Source: Psammoneis japonica
Lineage: Eukaryota
DNA: 64,000 nt
Assembly (NCBI GenBank): GCA_008632985.1
Contig: QPGO01000041.1
Coordinates: 1 to 64,000 of the forward strand
Direction: 5' to 3'
The translations under genes were made by a program, and so were the position numbers. The notes below the pieces were generated by a model that was not told the origin of the DNA, made no database searches, and worked only from the letters and a program-made list of their open reading frames with translations. This document shows, in pieces, positions 48,737 to 62,380 of the stretch (positions within the stretch are counted from its first letter, which is position 1; each line of letters opens with the position of its first letter).

Positions 48737-49909
48737 ATGGCCAGTGACTTTCGCTCCCTGCTCTCCAACTTTCAAGCCGCTACTGGTGACCAGGAAGAGC
48801 GAAATCAAACAAAAAACGACGGAGAAAAGGAGTCGCTGTTGCAACTCACAACGAAGCTATTGCAAGTTACTCAATTGAGACAGTGCACCAAGAAGACGAG
48901 CCCTGAACCAGATAGAAAACCTGCAACTGCAGACCAAAAGATAAATATTGCAGTATGCCTCTGTGTTGTTGACGCACTTCCTCACGAAGAAATATGGAGA
49001 TACTGGATGGACACTGCTGAAAAAGACGATGGAATATCTGCAGAGCTGTACATTCATGCAAAACATCCAGAGCGAATAGCCTCCCCTTGGGCGAAAAGCA
49101 AATTGATTCCAACCTCCTATCGACCCAACTGGAATGATGTACGAATCATACGCGCCATGTTAAAATTAGCAGAGACGGCATTGAAACAGGAAAAGACAAC
49201 TCATGTCTTGTTTGGTACAGAGTCGTGTATTCCGATTTGTACTTTGCAACAAGGGAAATCCGAAATATCACTCAATACTTCCTATGCAAAGTGCTTTGGT
49301 TATCGTGAAAGCACACGATTTGATGAACATAATATATGGAATGTGTTACAATCTTCCGTACCACGCGACGCAATTTACAAGGCCTTGCCGGGTTGGTGCT
49401 GTTTGTGTCGCTCGCATATGCAAGCCGTTCTGGATTTGCCGTTAAAGCACTTGCAAAACCAGCCTCTTTGGCCAGCGTTTGAACGTGTTTGGGCACCAGA
49501 AGAGGTTTACTTTCCGACTTGCCTCGCACTCTTGGGGCTTCTCGAAGAAACAGATACCGAAAGATCATTGACCTTTTGCAAATGGGACCACCAAGCCAGA
49601 AATCACAAGGACCGCGCGCATCCAAAGTTCTTCGATGCTGACTTTGACTCGAATCTGGTACAGTCACTGCGAAGGCGGGAAAGGTGTTTATTCTTGCGAA
49701 AAGTCAAGGACCCAATGCCGCTACATCTGTGGCAAGAGGCGGTAGGCCATGGCTTGGACGGTAAGACTTCGACGAGGGAATATCATGCTGGCGATAAACG
49801 AAAAGCTTACAATGACCATCGTGGGTCAGCTCGCTATGATGACCGGCATCCGCAAAGTCACCATCGACATCGACATGACCATGGTTACTACTCTAGGCGG
49901 CGTCGATAG
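48737..49909 (+). CDS. Core-2/I-branching (GT14/DUF266-like) glycosyltransferase-family protein
   Basis: LPHEEIWRYW, LYIHAKHP, W...IRAMLKL...AL, FGTESCIPI, APEEVYFPT, LFLRKV. Confidence 0.8.
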   Translation: MASDFRSLLSNFQAATGDQEERNQTKNDGEKESLLQLTTKLLQVTQLRQCTKKTSPEPDRKPATADQKINIAVCLCVVDALPHEEIWRYWMDTAEKDDGISAELYIHAKHPERIASPWAKSKLIPTSYRPNWNDVRIIRAMLKLAETALKQEKTTHVLFGTESCIPICTLQQGKSEISLNTSYAKCFGYRESTRFDEHNIWNVLQSSVPRDAIYKALPGWCCLCRSHMQAVLDLPLKHLQNQPLWPAFERVWAPEEVYFPTCLALLGLLEETDTERSLTFCKWDHQARNHKDRAHPKFFDADFDSNLVQSLRRRERCLFLRKVKDPMPLHLWQEAVGHGLDGKTSTREYHAGDKRKAYNDHRGSARYDDRHPQSHHRHRHDHGYYSRRRR

Positions 49910-49917
49910 ATTGTCAT

Positions 49918-49977
49918 ACTATGGCGCAGCGAACAAGATAGAAATCGACTATAGCGCAGCGAACAAGATAGAAATCG
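49918..49977. repeat. 30-bp tandem duplication between convergent genes
   Basis: ACTAT(G/A)GCGCAGCGAACAAGATAGAAATCG x2. Confidence 0.9.
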
Positions 49978-50068
49978 ATGATTCGAACTGCGGGAGACGA
50001 CTAACAGCATGGCAATAACTTGTTCTCTAGCTTTCTTTCCATTAATTGTCTCTAGAGTTCATGGAATT

Positions 50069-53000
50069 TTATCCTGTCGCATATGCGTTGACTGTCTTGA
50101 GCACGTCAACGACTTTTTTGATTTGTTTCTGATTCATGTTCTCGAGTTGCACAGTCTTGCACACGCTCATCCTGCCAGATTTATCGCCTACCAACAGTGT
50201 GTCTTGTTGTCCACTACCCATCCGCAATGCCGTGATGGGGCACGAGTGAGGATTCTCTGGCATTAAATGGCGCATCACCAACACGTCCTCGTCGTAATCG
50301 AGGCTCCACAAGCGAATGCTCCCTTTCGTATGTCCTGTAACGGCCACTATCCCTTGCTCCATCCATTCGGGACAGTCTGTGGATATCGCACAAGTTGGGC
50401 AGTCATTGTCGACACTATAATGCTCGCCCGGGCCCTGAGATGCCAACAGATTGCCATTCACGTCAAATACGCTCAGATGCGGTCCAAGAAGTGTCACAAT
50501 GTTTCCGTTTCTGTCGTTAATCGAAACGGATACGGCGGGAGAGCGCAACTCCTCGGTTGCATTATCCTTGACTCCATCGTTGAATGAATGACGAAGTCTC
50601 CTCAAGAAGGTGAGTGTCCGAAGGTCCCACACTAACACAGTCCCACGCGCACATCCCGTTATGACTATACCAAATACAGTGCTGACCGCAATGCAGGTAA
50701 TCCTCCCTCCTTCGTGACCACAAAGAGTAGCTCTGAAATCAAGGTTTGTATTCTCGTGTCTCCATACGCGGACTGTGGAGTCAATGCATCCCGTCACCAG
50801 CCACATTCCATTATTGGATACACTGGCACAACTTATCGGAGCTCTGTGCATACCGTCATGGATACTAATCATCTTGTTCACTTCCCTGTGCCTTGTAGAC
50901 GGGGAAGCGACGTGTATACTCACGCCATTGTTGGGCCCTCCAAAGCGATAGTATTTCTTCTCTGGTTCAATCAACACGCAGGTCTTCCCGACTCCAACAA
51001 CTTGTCCCCTGACTAAGCACATGTCACCGACGGAAGAATCCATCTGTCCCGACATACCCACCTTGCACGTATCAGTCATGGTTGAGCGAATGCGTACCAG
51101 ATGAGGAGCGCCCGGGACGCAAAATGGAGGAGTTAGAGGTGCTAGGGCACTCAAAACCCCGAAGTCAATGTTCTTCTCTTCTTTCAATAAAGAAACAACG
51201 TTCCTTGGCGGGAAGGTTTCCTCTCCAAACGACTTGGCGTTTGTCCAAAGTTCTGAATCTGCGCAATCGTTGATTCGCGCTGGATGGGATCATCCATTGC
51301 CTCGAGATCAACTTCTCCCTCGTAGGTTACATGTACAAACATGTTCAATGCTTCGATGGCTTCTTCGCCTCGTTGCTTGTAACCAAATACAAGGTCACAC
51401 CATTGATGCAAATGCCTGCTGACATGGTCGCTCTCTAGTGCCTGTGGTTCGAGACAACAAAGAAGTTAGCAACTGTGCAAGTAAACATGAAACACTATTC
51501 AATCTGAAGAGTCCTTTAGCGTACCTGTCGATTGATGCGAACAAAACGTCTTGGGTCGTTCTTTGCCCAAGGAGGGAGCGTCACGTCATGAACAGTCTTC
51601 CCCGTCTGGGTAGTACCGAAGTCGAACAGATTTTTATTGACGAGGAATTCCGGAAGGTAGAAGAATTCGGGGATAAGCTCACGAACATCTTGCAGGTTCT
51701 CAGAACTTGCACTACGCCAGCTGTGCCCAATGTTGTGAAATAGTCGATCAGCAACGTCAAACTTTCCTCCCTGAAGCGACAAAGCAAGTCGAGAGAAGGG
51801 TTCCAACCGCATCAAATAATACAAAACGTAAGCCGAGGTCGAGTAATGAGTTCCATAGTGAAAAGGTGGCGGTTCGTCTTCGTTGAAGTAATTTGATGCC
51901 AAGGCTTCATATCGATCCAAAAACTGTTGTGCTCGTGCTTCGCCGAGCGCTCCCATGGGTTTCGATAGATCACGATATGTTGAAGGATTGTCCAAGTCGA
52001 TCTCTTCGCTTTCATAATCAGCAATTACCCACGGAAATACGGGATACTGCGTTAGATCGTTGTAAGTTCTGCCAGCAAAAGAGTTTAAGTGCATCAAAAA
52101 ATCAAAGTTGGTCATCTTCCCGTTCACCCATTGAGACACAATTTTCGCCTTCCATTGATTCATAAACTTCTTGTAGTTGATAGAGGTACCGTAGCCTGAC
52201 GAGCCAAATATGCTATTAGGTAAAGGGGTCACCAGGATCTGATTGAGCACCTCTTCGCGATCCGCACTGCTGGAGAAGGCAACAAGCGTGCCGTTTCGAT
52301 GGACGTCAAAAAACTCAAGCGCATTTCCTTGCAGCTGGTACTTTCTTCGAAACACAGAGTACAGATCATCGAAGGCGATCCTTTGGCTCCTATGCTGATA
52401 AGTAATCTCGTCACTGGACTTTTGTGCAGCTTTCGACTTGTTGCTTTGTGAGCTTTTCTTGTCGCCTGATTCGCCGTTGTCTTGTAATTCAGCGCCTTCC
52501 TCAGAAGCTTTGAAGTCCTTTGGGCGCAAGTTGATAAAAAAAGTTGAACTCTCTCTTTCAACACGTTTAATGTAGCCCTCCAGTCCGTCGCCGTCTTTCT
52601 GTTCAAATCCATCGACAATGTATATCGCGTCCCGGCACCAAAGAAGCAACCCCTGTCGGACCTCTAACCCAGTACACCTGTTGACGTTGTAAGACTTTTC
52701 CGGCCAGTCTCCGGCCTGAAGAAGACCAGTGATGAGGTCGTAGCTGGAAGCCAATTCGTTGTCTTTTGCATCGGCTGCAGCCTGTTCTTCCTTGCCCTCT
52801 TCGGTTTGAATATCATCTTGAGCATTTCCTCGCAGATTCTGTTCTGGCACTGTATCCCCTTTGGCCGAAACCGACTCTGATGCACTAGTGCTATCGTCTT
52901 GATAGGAGCTCATAGCCGTGGAAGCGGTGTCATTTTCATCGTCCATGTCTGCATAATCAAGTTCATCATAGAAGTCGTCCTCATCTTTGTGCCTCCCTCT

Positions 53001-56000
53001 TTTCAGGTTTAGATCTTTGAGCAAGGCAGCCGTCGCCTCCATCGTCTCCCCAGCGCCATACACCGACGCCCTGTTTTGATCATACACGCTACCCGGTATC
53101 ACCCCGGACTTCGCTTGTCCAGAGCCTAAACTGTCGGCGTCAGCTTCAGCCTCATTGTCTTCCATAGTTGCTACAATTGCTTCATGATCTGCCATTTCGT
53201 CCAAGTTGTACAGACTGTGAAACTCGTAGTTCGGAAGAAATCGCCGCCGCTGTCGTTCGTAACCCTCCGTTAGGTCGAGCTTCCATCGCTTAACCATTTC
53301 AATCTTTTCAAGGCGCTTTTCGTCGTACCCGTCATCTTCTATTGCCTTCTTCGGTTTACATCCTTCAATCAAATGAGATTTCTTGTAAAGCGAAGACTCA
53401 TACTCATATAAGGTACCTCCTTCCCATATTGAGCAGGACCCTTTCAACTGTCGGAGAAGGAACTTCCACTGCATTGCACCGGAAGATAGATCATCAAAGC
53501 CCTGGCGCATCCAGAGATCATGGTTATCAGCAGTTTTACCGTAACATCTTTGAGCCAGTTCAGCTCTCTCCAGCCCTCCCAAAATGGTACGATCAGAGGA
53601 TTCTTGAGAAGTGAGTTTGAGGAGCATGTTTTTCTGCTCGTTCTCGATGGCTTCTTCTGGTGTGGCAGCGCCTACTTCAGCGCCTGGGAAAAGACGGCGA
53701 GACTCCTTCTGTATGGCATCAAAAACTACATCTGCCTGAGCCTGATGGCGTTCCAGCCACTCAAAGAACGAGGCATACTTGCCCTTCGTCGCTGGAACAC
53801 CACGCCCACTGCCGCCACGGCGCGGGACCGTCGAAACATTCGCCGCCACTGTCGCTGCCTCGTGAGCAACTAGAAGGGCTCCAAAGCCTCCGCGTTGCAT
53901 GACGTCAACGGTCTCCATCCGATCTCCGCGGGGGGCTTCCACAACAAGTATCTCGGCCATAATCGCTCTCCGCTGTTGAAGCAGAGCGACAATTATCGAA
54001 ACAGCTGTGTCTCGCATATCCTCTCTTCGATCGTACAGCAAGGCATACATTTCATCCATTAATGCAACTACAAATGCTCGATCTGGTGCCGCCATTGTAG
54101 ACAGGTCTGGATAGGCACATTGAACGAAAGACCTTGATAGACTTGCCGACAGCCAGAGCGGGTACGTTCTGCTGTTACTCGGTGGGGGCGGGTTTGCAGG
54201 TGCCCCCTTCGCTTGCCGTCGTGAGCCTTGACTCCCTCCTGAGGGAACAAGCAGCAACTTTTCGATATTGTCATTAACAATATCTAGAATTGCAATTTTC
54301 AAGTCATCATCTCCTTCATCATATGGGGTCAAAGGCCTGCTCCGCTGCAAAGCGGATAAGCAAGTAAGACGTCCCATGTGAGCAGCATCGACAGCAAGAA
54401 TAGCGACGTCGGCACTATTCAACACATTTGTAGCGTTTGTGCCGGTGGTTGTGAGGCTCGTCACAACCGACATAATGATTTGGACGGTCTCGAGAGTCGG
54501 TTCGGACGTGTAGAAACCTGCCATCAAGCGATCAAGAAGGACGGAGCACAAGCCAATGCAGTTCGCAAATGCAAGAGGTTCGCCGCATAGCAACGCATCT
54601 TCGACCACCGAGCGACAGTGCTCAATCATTACCAGATGGAAAGCTTCCACTTGCTCCGGCGAGGCATGAATAGGGAACGAACGAAATAGGGCACTGATGA
54701 GTGGGGCAGCCAGGGGACCTGCCATTACTGCGTGCGAAACAACTAATCGCAAAAGGTGCACCATTCCAATGCCGCTGCTCCCTGTTACTTCTTCAGGCCG
54801 ACCAACGAACCTCTCGGTCGGGGTAGTATGTCTTGGTACATCAGACAAGCTACCCCGTCGTCTGGTTTTGGAGGCGCTTGTAGGGCCCAAGTTAGGACTG
54901 AAAACTTCAGATATAACTGTCCCGCCATCCATATTATTCTGCATTCGCTGTAACTTCTCGTCGTGAACCAGACATAGAGCTTGCGCTAGCGGCTCCAAAA
55001 AATCTGGAGTGCGGCAAAACTGCTGGAAGACAGGTGAATGTTTATGCTGATGAGCCAGCAACTGCAGGACTGCTTCGTTCGTCTGCCGGGCTTTACGACC
55101 AAGATCGTTCTTGAATGGAGCAAGCTGGATGTTTCGACCCAAGCATTCGGCGAGAAGGGCAAAAATACCGCAAGACGGTTCAGACTTTTGCCGACCGCCA
55201 CTCTGCACCTTTTCTCTCATCACCAAACAATGGGCGTCGCTTTCTTTATCGAAAGCTTGGCATAGCTGCGACGCATCAAGAACCCCGAAGCAAGGCAGGT
55301 GGAGAATAGGGGCGTGCAGCAGTTGGCTCAACATGGACATGATGATGCTCGGGCAGGTGGAAAACTTTGGAATACTGAGTACAAGAGGGGCGAAACCGCC
55401 GGCATCTTCAAAGGAAGCAGTAAACGCTGGAGAACTCTGTAGCATTAGAACCATGAGACGAAGTACCGCCGACGCTGAAGCTTCCTCGTGACAGCCCTCA
55501 AGCAAGCATGCAAACCAAATTGGAGTCAGAACGCCAGCAAAAGCCTGAAGGAAGGCTTGCGCTTGTTGGTGCTTTGGATGAAGAGAAAATTCATCAGCCA
55601 AAGATCCGTCTGGCGCCTTTCTCGTTCTTGTCATCATAGACGTGAAGTAGGATTGGTTAGTACTGGCCCCTCCGCCATGATGAGGTTCAATTGTTGGCTC
55701 TGCTTGTCCTTCGACATCTTGGGAGCCCTTCTTGTCACCCCCCGCGGTCACTATTTCGTTAACGCCGTCCACAACAAGTTCTTCTATGAGTCGAAGGAGA
55801 TACACTCTAGTAACTGGGGCTGGTAGGAGCTTATCTTCCTTGGTATCTCGTCCATCCATTTTCCGAGTTTTTGACATTATTTTGAGTTTCTCTGATCCGC
55901 TTAGCTTCGTGTTGGGGCCGGTGATGGAGACGGTGTATATCGCAGCTTCCGCTATAGCTTCGAGATCGCCCGGAGTCAACATGAAGGTCAAGACTCGGCG

Positions 56001-59000
56001 AAGCAGTGTTTTGCACGCTAGCAGCATGGTATTATCAGGGTCGCCCCCAATAGAGGTGGACTCCACGGAAGGGGCTCGGGAGCGCCAGCCGTTGTTCAGC
56101 GCTGCCGTTGCCGCGGCGGGGACGTTGCCTTTTTTCCCGGGGGAGGAATTGTTGTCTCGCCGCGACCCATCGTCAGAGGAGCCATAAGTTTCCGCGGATT
56201 CGGCTACCTCAGCCGCTGTATAAAGCTCGGCAGCTTCTAACATCAAGTGTATCGTCCAGTGGACGATACCTAAAAGATGTAAGCGCCGTGAGTTGAACGC
56301 CTTGTGTATGGAATTGTGCGCCACGAGCCCATTGAGGAAAGAGAGCAGTCTCAATGGCATAGCTGGGCCAGAACCACGCAAATCCCACACCTGATGGTTC
56401 AAGAGCAAATATTTCATCGCGTCCAGATCTGAAAATACCCATTTTTCCGCCGTTGGCCACAACTGCAGTGGGCCTGTTCCATCGTATTCGACATTTGTGA
56501 TATTATCCGCGGCAGAGATCGGATCGAACCCGTTAACAGCAAACGCGAAGCATTGATCGAGGAGGTATTCATCCATAATCTTTTTCTGATGAAGCAGTGT
56601 TCCAAGAATCCGGTATCCACCTCCAGACTGAAGCATTTCAAGGTTCGGAACGTGGCATTTCGAGCTTTCTCGGAGCAGGCGCAGGGCGAGAACAAGGCTG
56701 CGTGAAGATCGAGCAGCGTTGACGAGCGGCATCAATAAATTAGGCCCTCCGATCCACTGAACATTATCAGCAAAACAATGAGGAGATATGATGCTGCCTC
56801 CGCCGTACACAACCGCATCAGTCGAGACGGTCTCGATGCTTGCATTCATTCTTGCAATATTCACTAGCCGCTTCGCGTGGTTTCTCTTGTTACTTGGGAT
56901 CACACCATCTCTAATGCTGGTACTTGAAGAACCAGGGAGGAACCCAAATACGACATATTCCGGTGAAATTGTGCAGAGCAAGCCAACCACGGCCAAACTG
57001 TCGGCTTCCGGTCCTTGTACACGGCCGCCTCCAAAACCTCGCTCAGGAATTACATGACCAGCAGCTTCAACTTCTGGAACCTGTCGCCGTCGTAATGCCC
57101 CAGCAACACTGCCTGGTTCACCGCTCTCTGCTAACATCACAAATGCAGCTGTAGCCGTTGCTGTCAATGATAAACGCTGGGGTCTGTCGCCCCAGAAAAG
57201 ACCTTGAAAGTCAGGACCAGCAGCGTATATTGAAGTAGCGTCTCTATTTGACACAAGAGTGGAAAGCATTAGTGTCGGACCTAAGTCCCAACGAGGAAGC
57301 TTGCCCCTGATGATGCCACTGCTTGCCAGGTATGCATTGGGAACGCCGATTTGCACGTGGGAATTTGGCGGCAAATTGACGCTATCGACGCGGATTTCGG
57401 CTTCCAGAGGTCTGCCATCGACGAATAGACCAAGAACGGCTTTTCTGTTCAGCATGGATCGTTTTGGGGGAAGGTAAGCAACTAAGATGTGATGCCAGAC
57501 CCCAGCCCGAAGCGGAGATGGTGGAAAACAAGTTGGTTCATTGCGATGTGAGGACGAAGAAAGAATATTGAATCTCTGAGTATGGAGATCAAACCACAGG
57601 GTCATGAATTCCTTCGAGCCTCCTTGGCTGGAATTCTCTCCCTGTGGGCTTGAGAGGTCAAGGATGAACACATTCCCGGATGGCTTCTGTCCTTCGAGGT
57701 CTTTTATTCTGAGCCAAATAGAATAGGAAAACCCAGTTGTCGCGAGAGGTGTCCATATTCTCTCCGCTGCATTTGAGGGAGATTGAGTTCCCGCAGTTGT
57801 GCTCCCGCCGACGGCTGAAGAGTCAATACTTTTCATTTCTAGGAATTTGAGGTCCCCTTCTTCCGCCAACTTGTAGAGGCGATCTTTAATCTCTGTGTCT
57901 TCCATACGCAACGTCATTCGGTCAAGCGATTCACCACCCAAGTCACAACGAGGCGTCCTTTCGCCTCGTCCTGCAATAGTGCAAAGCATTTCTAAGTTTG
58001 TACAAAATTCTGCCTCCTGGGATTGCCACGATTCTGAAGACATTATATCGGACGAAGGTTTGGACGACGTGCTTTTTGCCACAGAGGAAATAACAGGCAA
58101 TCGGATAATGTCCTTCAAGTGATCTGGTCCATCTTTCGTGTCAGCCATTAACATCGGACCGGCAATGCCTCGAAGCAATGCCACGAAGTCAGTGTAGGAC
58201 ATACTATAAGCAGCTAGTCGTCGAAGGAGCAGCACGAAACGTGAGTAGAGGTGATGCGCGCTATTCTCCATCAGAGGTGCAAACTCATGTCGACTTGTGA
58301 GGCTCGAACACAGACCGCAAGATGACATTTGTGTCAGTGTCGAACCCGCCATCTCTGGCGAGCAAAGACGGAGCATCTCATCCAGGACACGCTTTGATAG
58401 AGAAACACCATATTCCTTCCGCGGTAGGGATGTTGCCAATCCCATGACAAATCTGGACGCGTCTGGGTTACGGATAACTTGTACCTGTCGTGAAGCCGTC
58501 TTCTTTGCATTCTCGTTGCTTTTTTCTTTGTCGTCCCGAAGTTGCAGCGAGGGATCCATATAGGCTAGTGCTAGGTTCAACACAGAGAGCGTATGACGAG
58601 AACGACTGAAAATACCGGTGCTCGATATCGCGTTCACATAGTCGATGTAGAAACCTTTACGAAGCAGATACTGTCGATTCTTTGTCGTAGGTTCCGACAG
58701 CTGAAGGTCGTCCACCAAAACATCTGTCGACGATGAAGCCTGTGCGCCGCCACCATGTCTCCGTGTCGCTCCCACGGAAGCGCCAAGTAAACCACAGGCA
58801 CTTTCGAAAAGTTTCAATGTTGCAGCTGCCTTCTCTTCATCGAGATCACGGTCCTTCTTTTTACGCTTTCCTTTGTCGTCTTTGCTTGAGGGTGACTTTT
58901 GAGCATATCCTTCGAGGCATAATGTAATTTGGATTATATACTGGAAGCCATCGCAGGTTCGAAACGCATCCTGTGCCACACTGTTTGACTCCAAGACGGA

Positions 59001-61547
59001 TTTGAGCATAGAAAAGATATCCGCTGCTCTGAGAACAGTGCGTGGATTTATGACGATCTTCTTCTTAGGGGCATTCGGGTCTTTCTCTTTTTCTTTCTTG
59101 GTTCGTTTCTTGGTAAAGGCTCCGGTGCCTATAAGCTTCATTAATTCCGCAAAGTAGTCCAGAATCTCAACGACAAACTCCATATCCTTTGTCAGTGATT
59201 CGACCGAAATTTGTGCACTCATCATGGCATCAAACACTCCTAGGGCAGCGGATGATGCTTCGTCACCAAGATCCTTCATCGCCGACGTGAACAAGACATG
59301 GAGCTGTGATTCGTCAGATGGCATATCCTCTTCGAGGGTTTCATCCGCAGCGTTTCTTGGGGACGACGTAGCAAATTGCTGTACAACCACAACTCTCAGG
59401 ACACGGCATATGGCAGCAAAGATCCGATCGAGAGATGTGGAGGCCGGTGGTTGGACAAAAACCTTACCTCCTGATTCGAAAGCACTTTTATCCTTCTTTC
59501 TTCCTGCTTTGGACACTTGCAGCACATAGTGCATGACGTCGTTCAGCTTGGAGGTTAAAACTCCCCCGTCCAGCATTACTTCACTCACGCGATCGTCAAA
59601 TTCTAGCAACTTTTCGACTGTAGCACACATCATGTCTGTATCCGTCAAGAGAGATTCGAAGATTTTCGCGTCTTCTTCGGTATCCATCTGGACACCATTT
59701 GCACCCTTCAATAAGTTCTTGCACAGCGTAAAGAATATCTCGCTTGTCACTTTGAGAGGTTTCACGGCATCCGTGCCAGCAACGCCTGTGCACACGTACT
59801 CAAGCGTTTTCAAAATAAGAACTTTCAAACTCACGTCTTCGAAAGTGGGGAACGCTAGAAGGTAGTACGACAACACGTTGTGTTTCTCTTCAATAATAGA
59901 GTAGTTCTTGGCGTGGTCCGAATACATCTGCAAGGTTGTGACAAGCAACTCCATGGATAGCTCAGAACCTTCCATTGCGCCGCCAGAAAAGCGCAGGTTG
60001 AAGGCAGTGCTAAGCGAAAACGTCGCACACTCTTTCAAACTCTCCTCTGTCGAAATATCGGGCCGATCATCACCATAAACTTCCCCGTGTTCTTTCAAAA
60101 GCGGCATGGAAGTATGCAGCAAATCTACCACAACATCCAAGGCAGCAGCGTTGGTAATGAGTTTCCCTTCTTCCTGCTGCTCGCTCGTCGGGAGTTTCTT
60201 TTCGACAACCAGAGGGCCCTTTTTCTTGTCAGATTCGCCTGCCGGTTTTGGTGCCGGTGGTTGAGTATTACAATACGCAAGAGTTGGTATAAGCTCCATC
60301 AGCATCTTGGCATGATCGTGGTTCGACGCTTTAATCGCGTCTAGCAACACGTCGTATCCTCCAGCATCATCAAAATCATTCAGTAATTCCAGACACTCGT
60401 GGTTGCAAGAAAAGACGACCAGAGAAACAAGAGCTCTTAGAGCTTGAACCCACAAGCCGGCTGCTTCCGCGTCCGTTCCATAAAGACATTGCGACGAGTT
60501 GGTCAAGGGAGCTTCTGAGGAGCAGAGCTCCTTAACATCGTCCGTCATGTGTACAACCATTTTCTTATCGTGAAGATACCAAACCAGTTGTTCTGACAAG
60601 CAATTTTCTGAAAAGGCCACAATAACGGCAGAGGCTGCGTTGGCTACGTGAACACCCGATATTGGGTAGGATGCACCAGACAAGGCGAGCAGTCCAAACA
60701 GGTGGGGGCCCAACTGTGCTCCAACACTAGCGTCTTTGCAAACAAGGCACAAAAGCTTAGACACGTTGGCGGTAGCTTGTTTGCTGAGTGGTTCAAGCGC
60801 CATTCCCTTCTCGTGCATCTCGGCAGCGTGGCTCAGTTCCATCACACGCAGCAGCCGTAAACAGTGAATCAAGTTCGGTGGCAGCTCATTCTCGACGCAT
60901 CGTAATACAAACTTCTCACAGTGCGAGTTGGCTAACAGTACTTCAATATCAGACTGGGCGCCATCCTTCTCGTCGTTATCTGACCCACCCAATAGATCCA
61001 AGAGCTCGGATTTCCATTCCAATTGCGCTGCAGTTGGCTGTTTAGTTTTTGCCGCAATTACGAGCTTCAGAACTCGCTCCCCTAATCGATTTGCAGCGAT
61101 GCTAACCTTTCGTTCCACTTCTATATCCTGTATGTTTACACCCCGTGCCATATTTTGAAATGCAGACATGAAACCAACATCGCTAGTCCTTCGATTATTC
61201 GCCATGGTTCTAGGACTGAGTTCATAATATAAAAAAAAGACAGAGCAAAAGGTTAGAATTAGGGTTGAACATAAGCCCCCAAAAATTGCACTGTAAACGC
61301 CAGAAATCGTCATAAGCCAACTCTCCCAGCACCAGCAAATCTCCCAATTGCAGTTCATACAAAAATGCCAACCACAAGCAACAACATGGCCACAACAGAC
61401 TTACTAGCCAGGGCCGCCCGTAAGTGGACTTCTTTGCCCAGAACCCGGAAATCGCGTAGAATCAGTACCAGACGCCCCGTTCCCCTCCGCCGCCGCGGAC
61501 GGATCCTGCTGTTTCTCATCGTTGGATCCGAATAACCATGACCTCAT
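50069..61547 (-). CDS. Giant BEACH-domain protein (ConA-like, PH, BEACH, WD40); introns 61216-61404 and 51442-51524; apparent frameshift ~51200
   Basis: WVNGKMTNFDFLMHLNSFAGRTYNDLTQYPVFPWV, YRDLSKPMG, FHYGTHYS, DVRELIPEFFYLPEF, NFGQTP, C-terminal WD repeats; exon 1 MRSWLFG... 61547-61405 splices in frame. Confidence 0.95.
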
Positions 61548-61744
61548 TTTGATTGCGTTCGAGACCCCTGTCTTTATACTACAGTTCAGCAAGTCCCATT
61601 TGAGGTGAATGCGCTTCCGGGGTATTGAATCAATGCGCTGTCCCTCTCGAACAAAAGGATGCTCTTGAGTTGGCTCTCTGATGAAGGATGAGGTTACTTC
61701 TACTTGGGCGTTGAATATTTCCCGCCAAATCGAATCGACGTCGG

Positions 61745-62146
61745 TGTTGAGATGACCGGAATGCAAGTAAATTAAAAATATTTGTCATTTAGACTTAGAT
61801 TATGTTGGACATCCGTTGAAAATCAACACATCTCGTAGAAGTCTACGCGTGACTTGGGCGTTAAGAAGTTTTATTCAGAACATCGAGAATGTATAAATGT
61901 CAATGAAAGGAAATGCAAATTGAACTTTTCAAACTGAAATATCTTTATTCGGTCATAATGACTCCGTGAAACCTGCAGTGTCTCGCACCCTATTTTTCTG
62001 ATATATGGTATTAATGAATCTATTAGATATAACGGAAGCCGTTGTAACGGGCTTCGCTGAAAGCGACCCTCGTTACCTCGGTCTTTCGCTCACAATTTTG
62101 TTATCACTAAAGTCTTTATCTCGTTAGACCTTGCACTGTAATTACA
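61745..62146 (+). mobile_element. Putative 5' LTR of the downstream Gypsy element
   Basis: AT-rich segment starting TGTT and ending ...ATTACA just upstream of gag; second LTR is outside the window, so boundaries are guessed. Confidence 0.35.
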
Positions 62147-62164
62147 GTCGATTCAAAGAACTGG

Positions 62165-62380
62165 ATGGAGACTAGGAACAATACAAACAAATTGACTAAA
62201 CGTGAGAAAAGAGAACTGCGCGCAAGAGCAGCAGTTTGGGCCATTGAGCACCAGAAACAAGTGCAACAGCGCAAACGACACGAGCAGAATTTGGCGAGCC
62301 GAGTGCATCATTTGGAGTCAAAGGTAGAGTCCCTGGAAAGGACTATTGAACAATTGTATTCCCTTTTTCATGATGAGTGA
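62165..62380 (+). CDS. Short coiled-coil upstream ORF of the Gypsy element, overlapping gag start
   Basis: 71-aa ORF with heptad pattern (LASRVHHLESKVESLERTIEQLY); stop overlaps ATGATG of gag. Confidence 0.45.
   Translation: METRNNTNKLTKREKRELRARAAVWAIEHQKQVQQRKRHEQNLASRVHHLESKVESLERTIEQLYSLFHDE

Noticed and set aside
26960..51215. Frameshifts in PRIM2, ALMT-like, ABCB and BEACH genes as programmed frameshifting or pseudogenisation
   Set aside because: Found in several unrelated and otherwise intact genes, including an essential one, some at short homopolymers; most likely assembly indel errors (check with reads)
61216..61358. ORF-track N-terminus of the BEACH protein (MNCNWEICWCW...)
   Set aside because: Lies inside a predicted GT-AG intron (61216-61404); the upstream exon splices in frame
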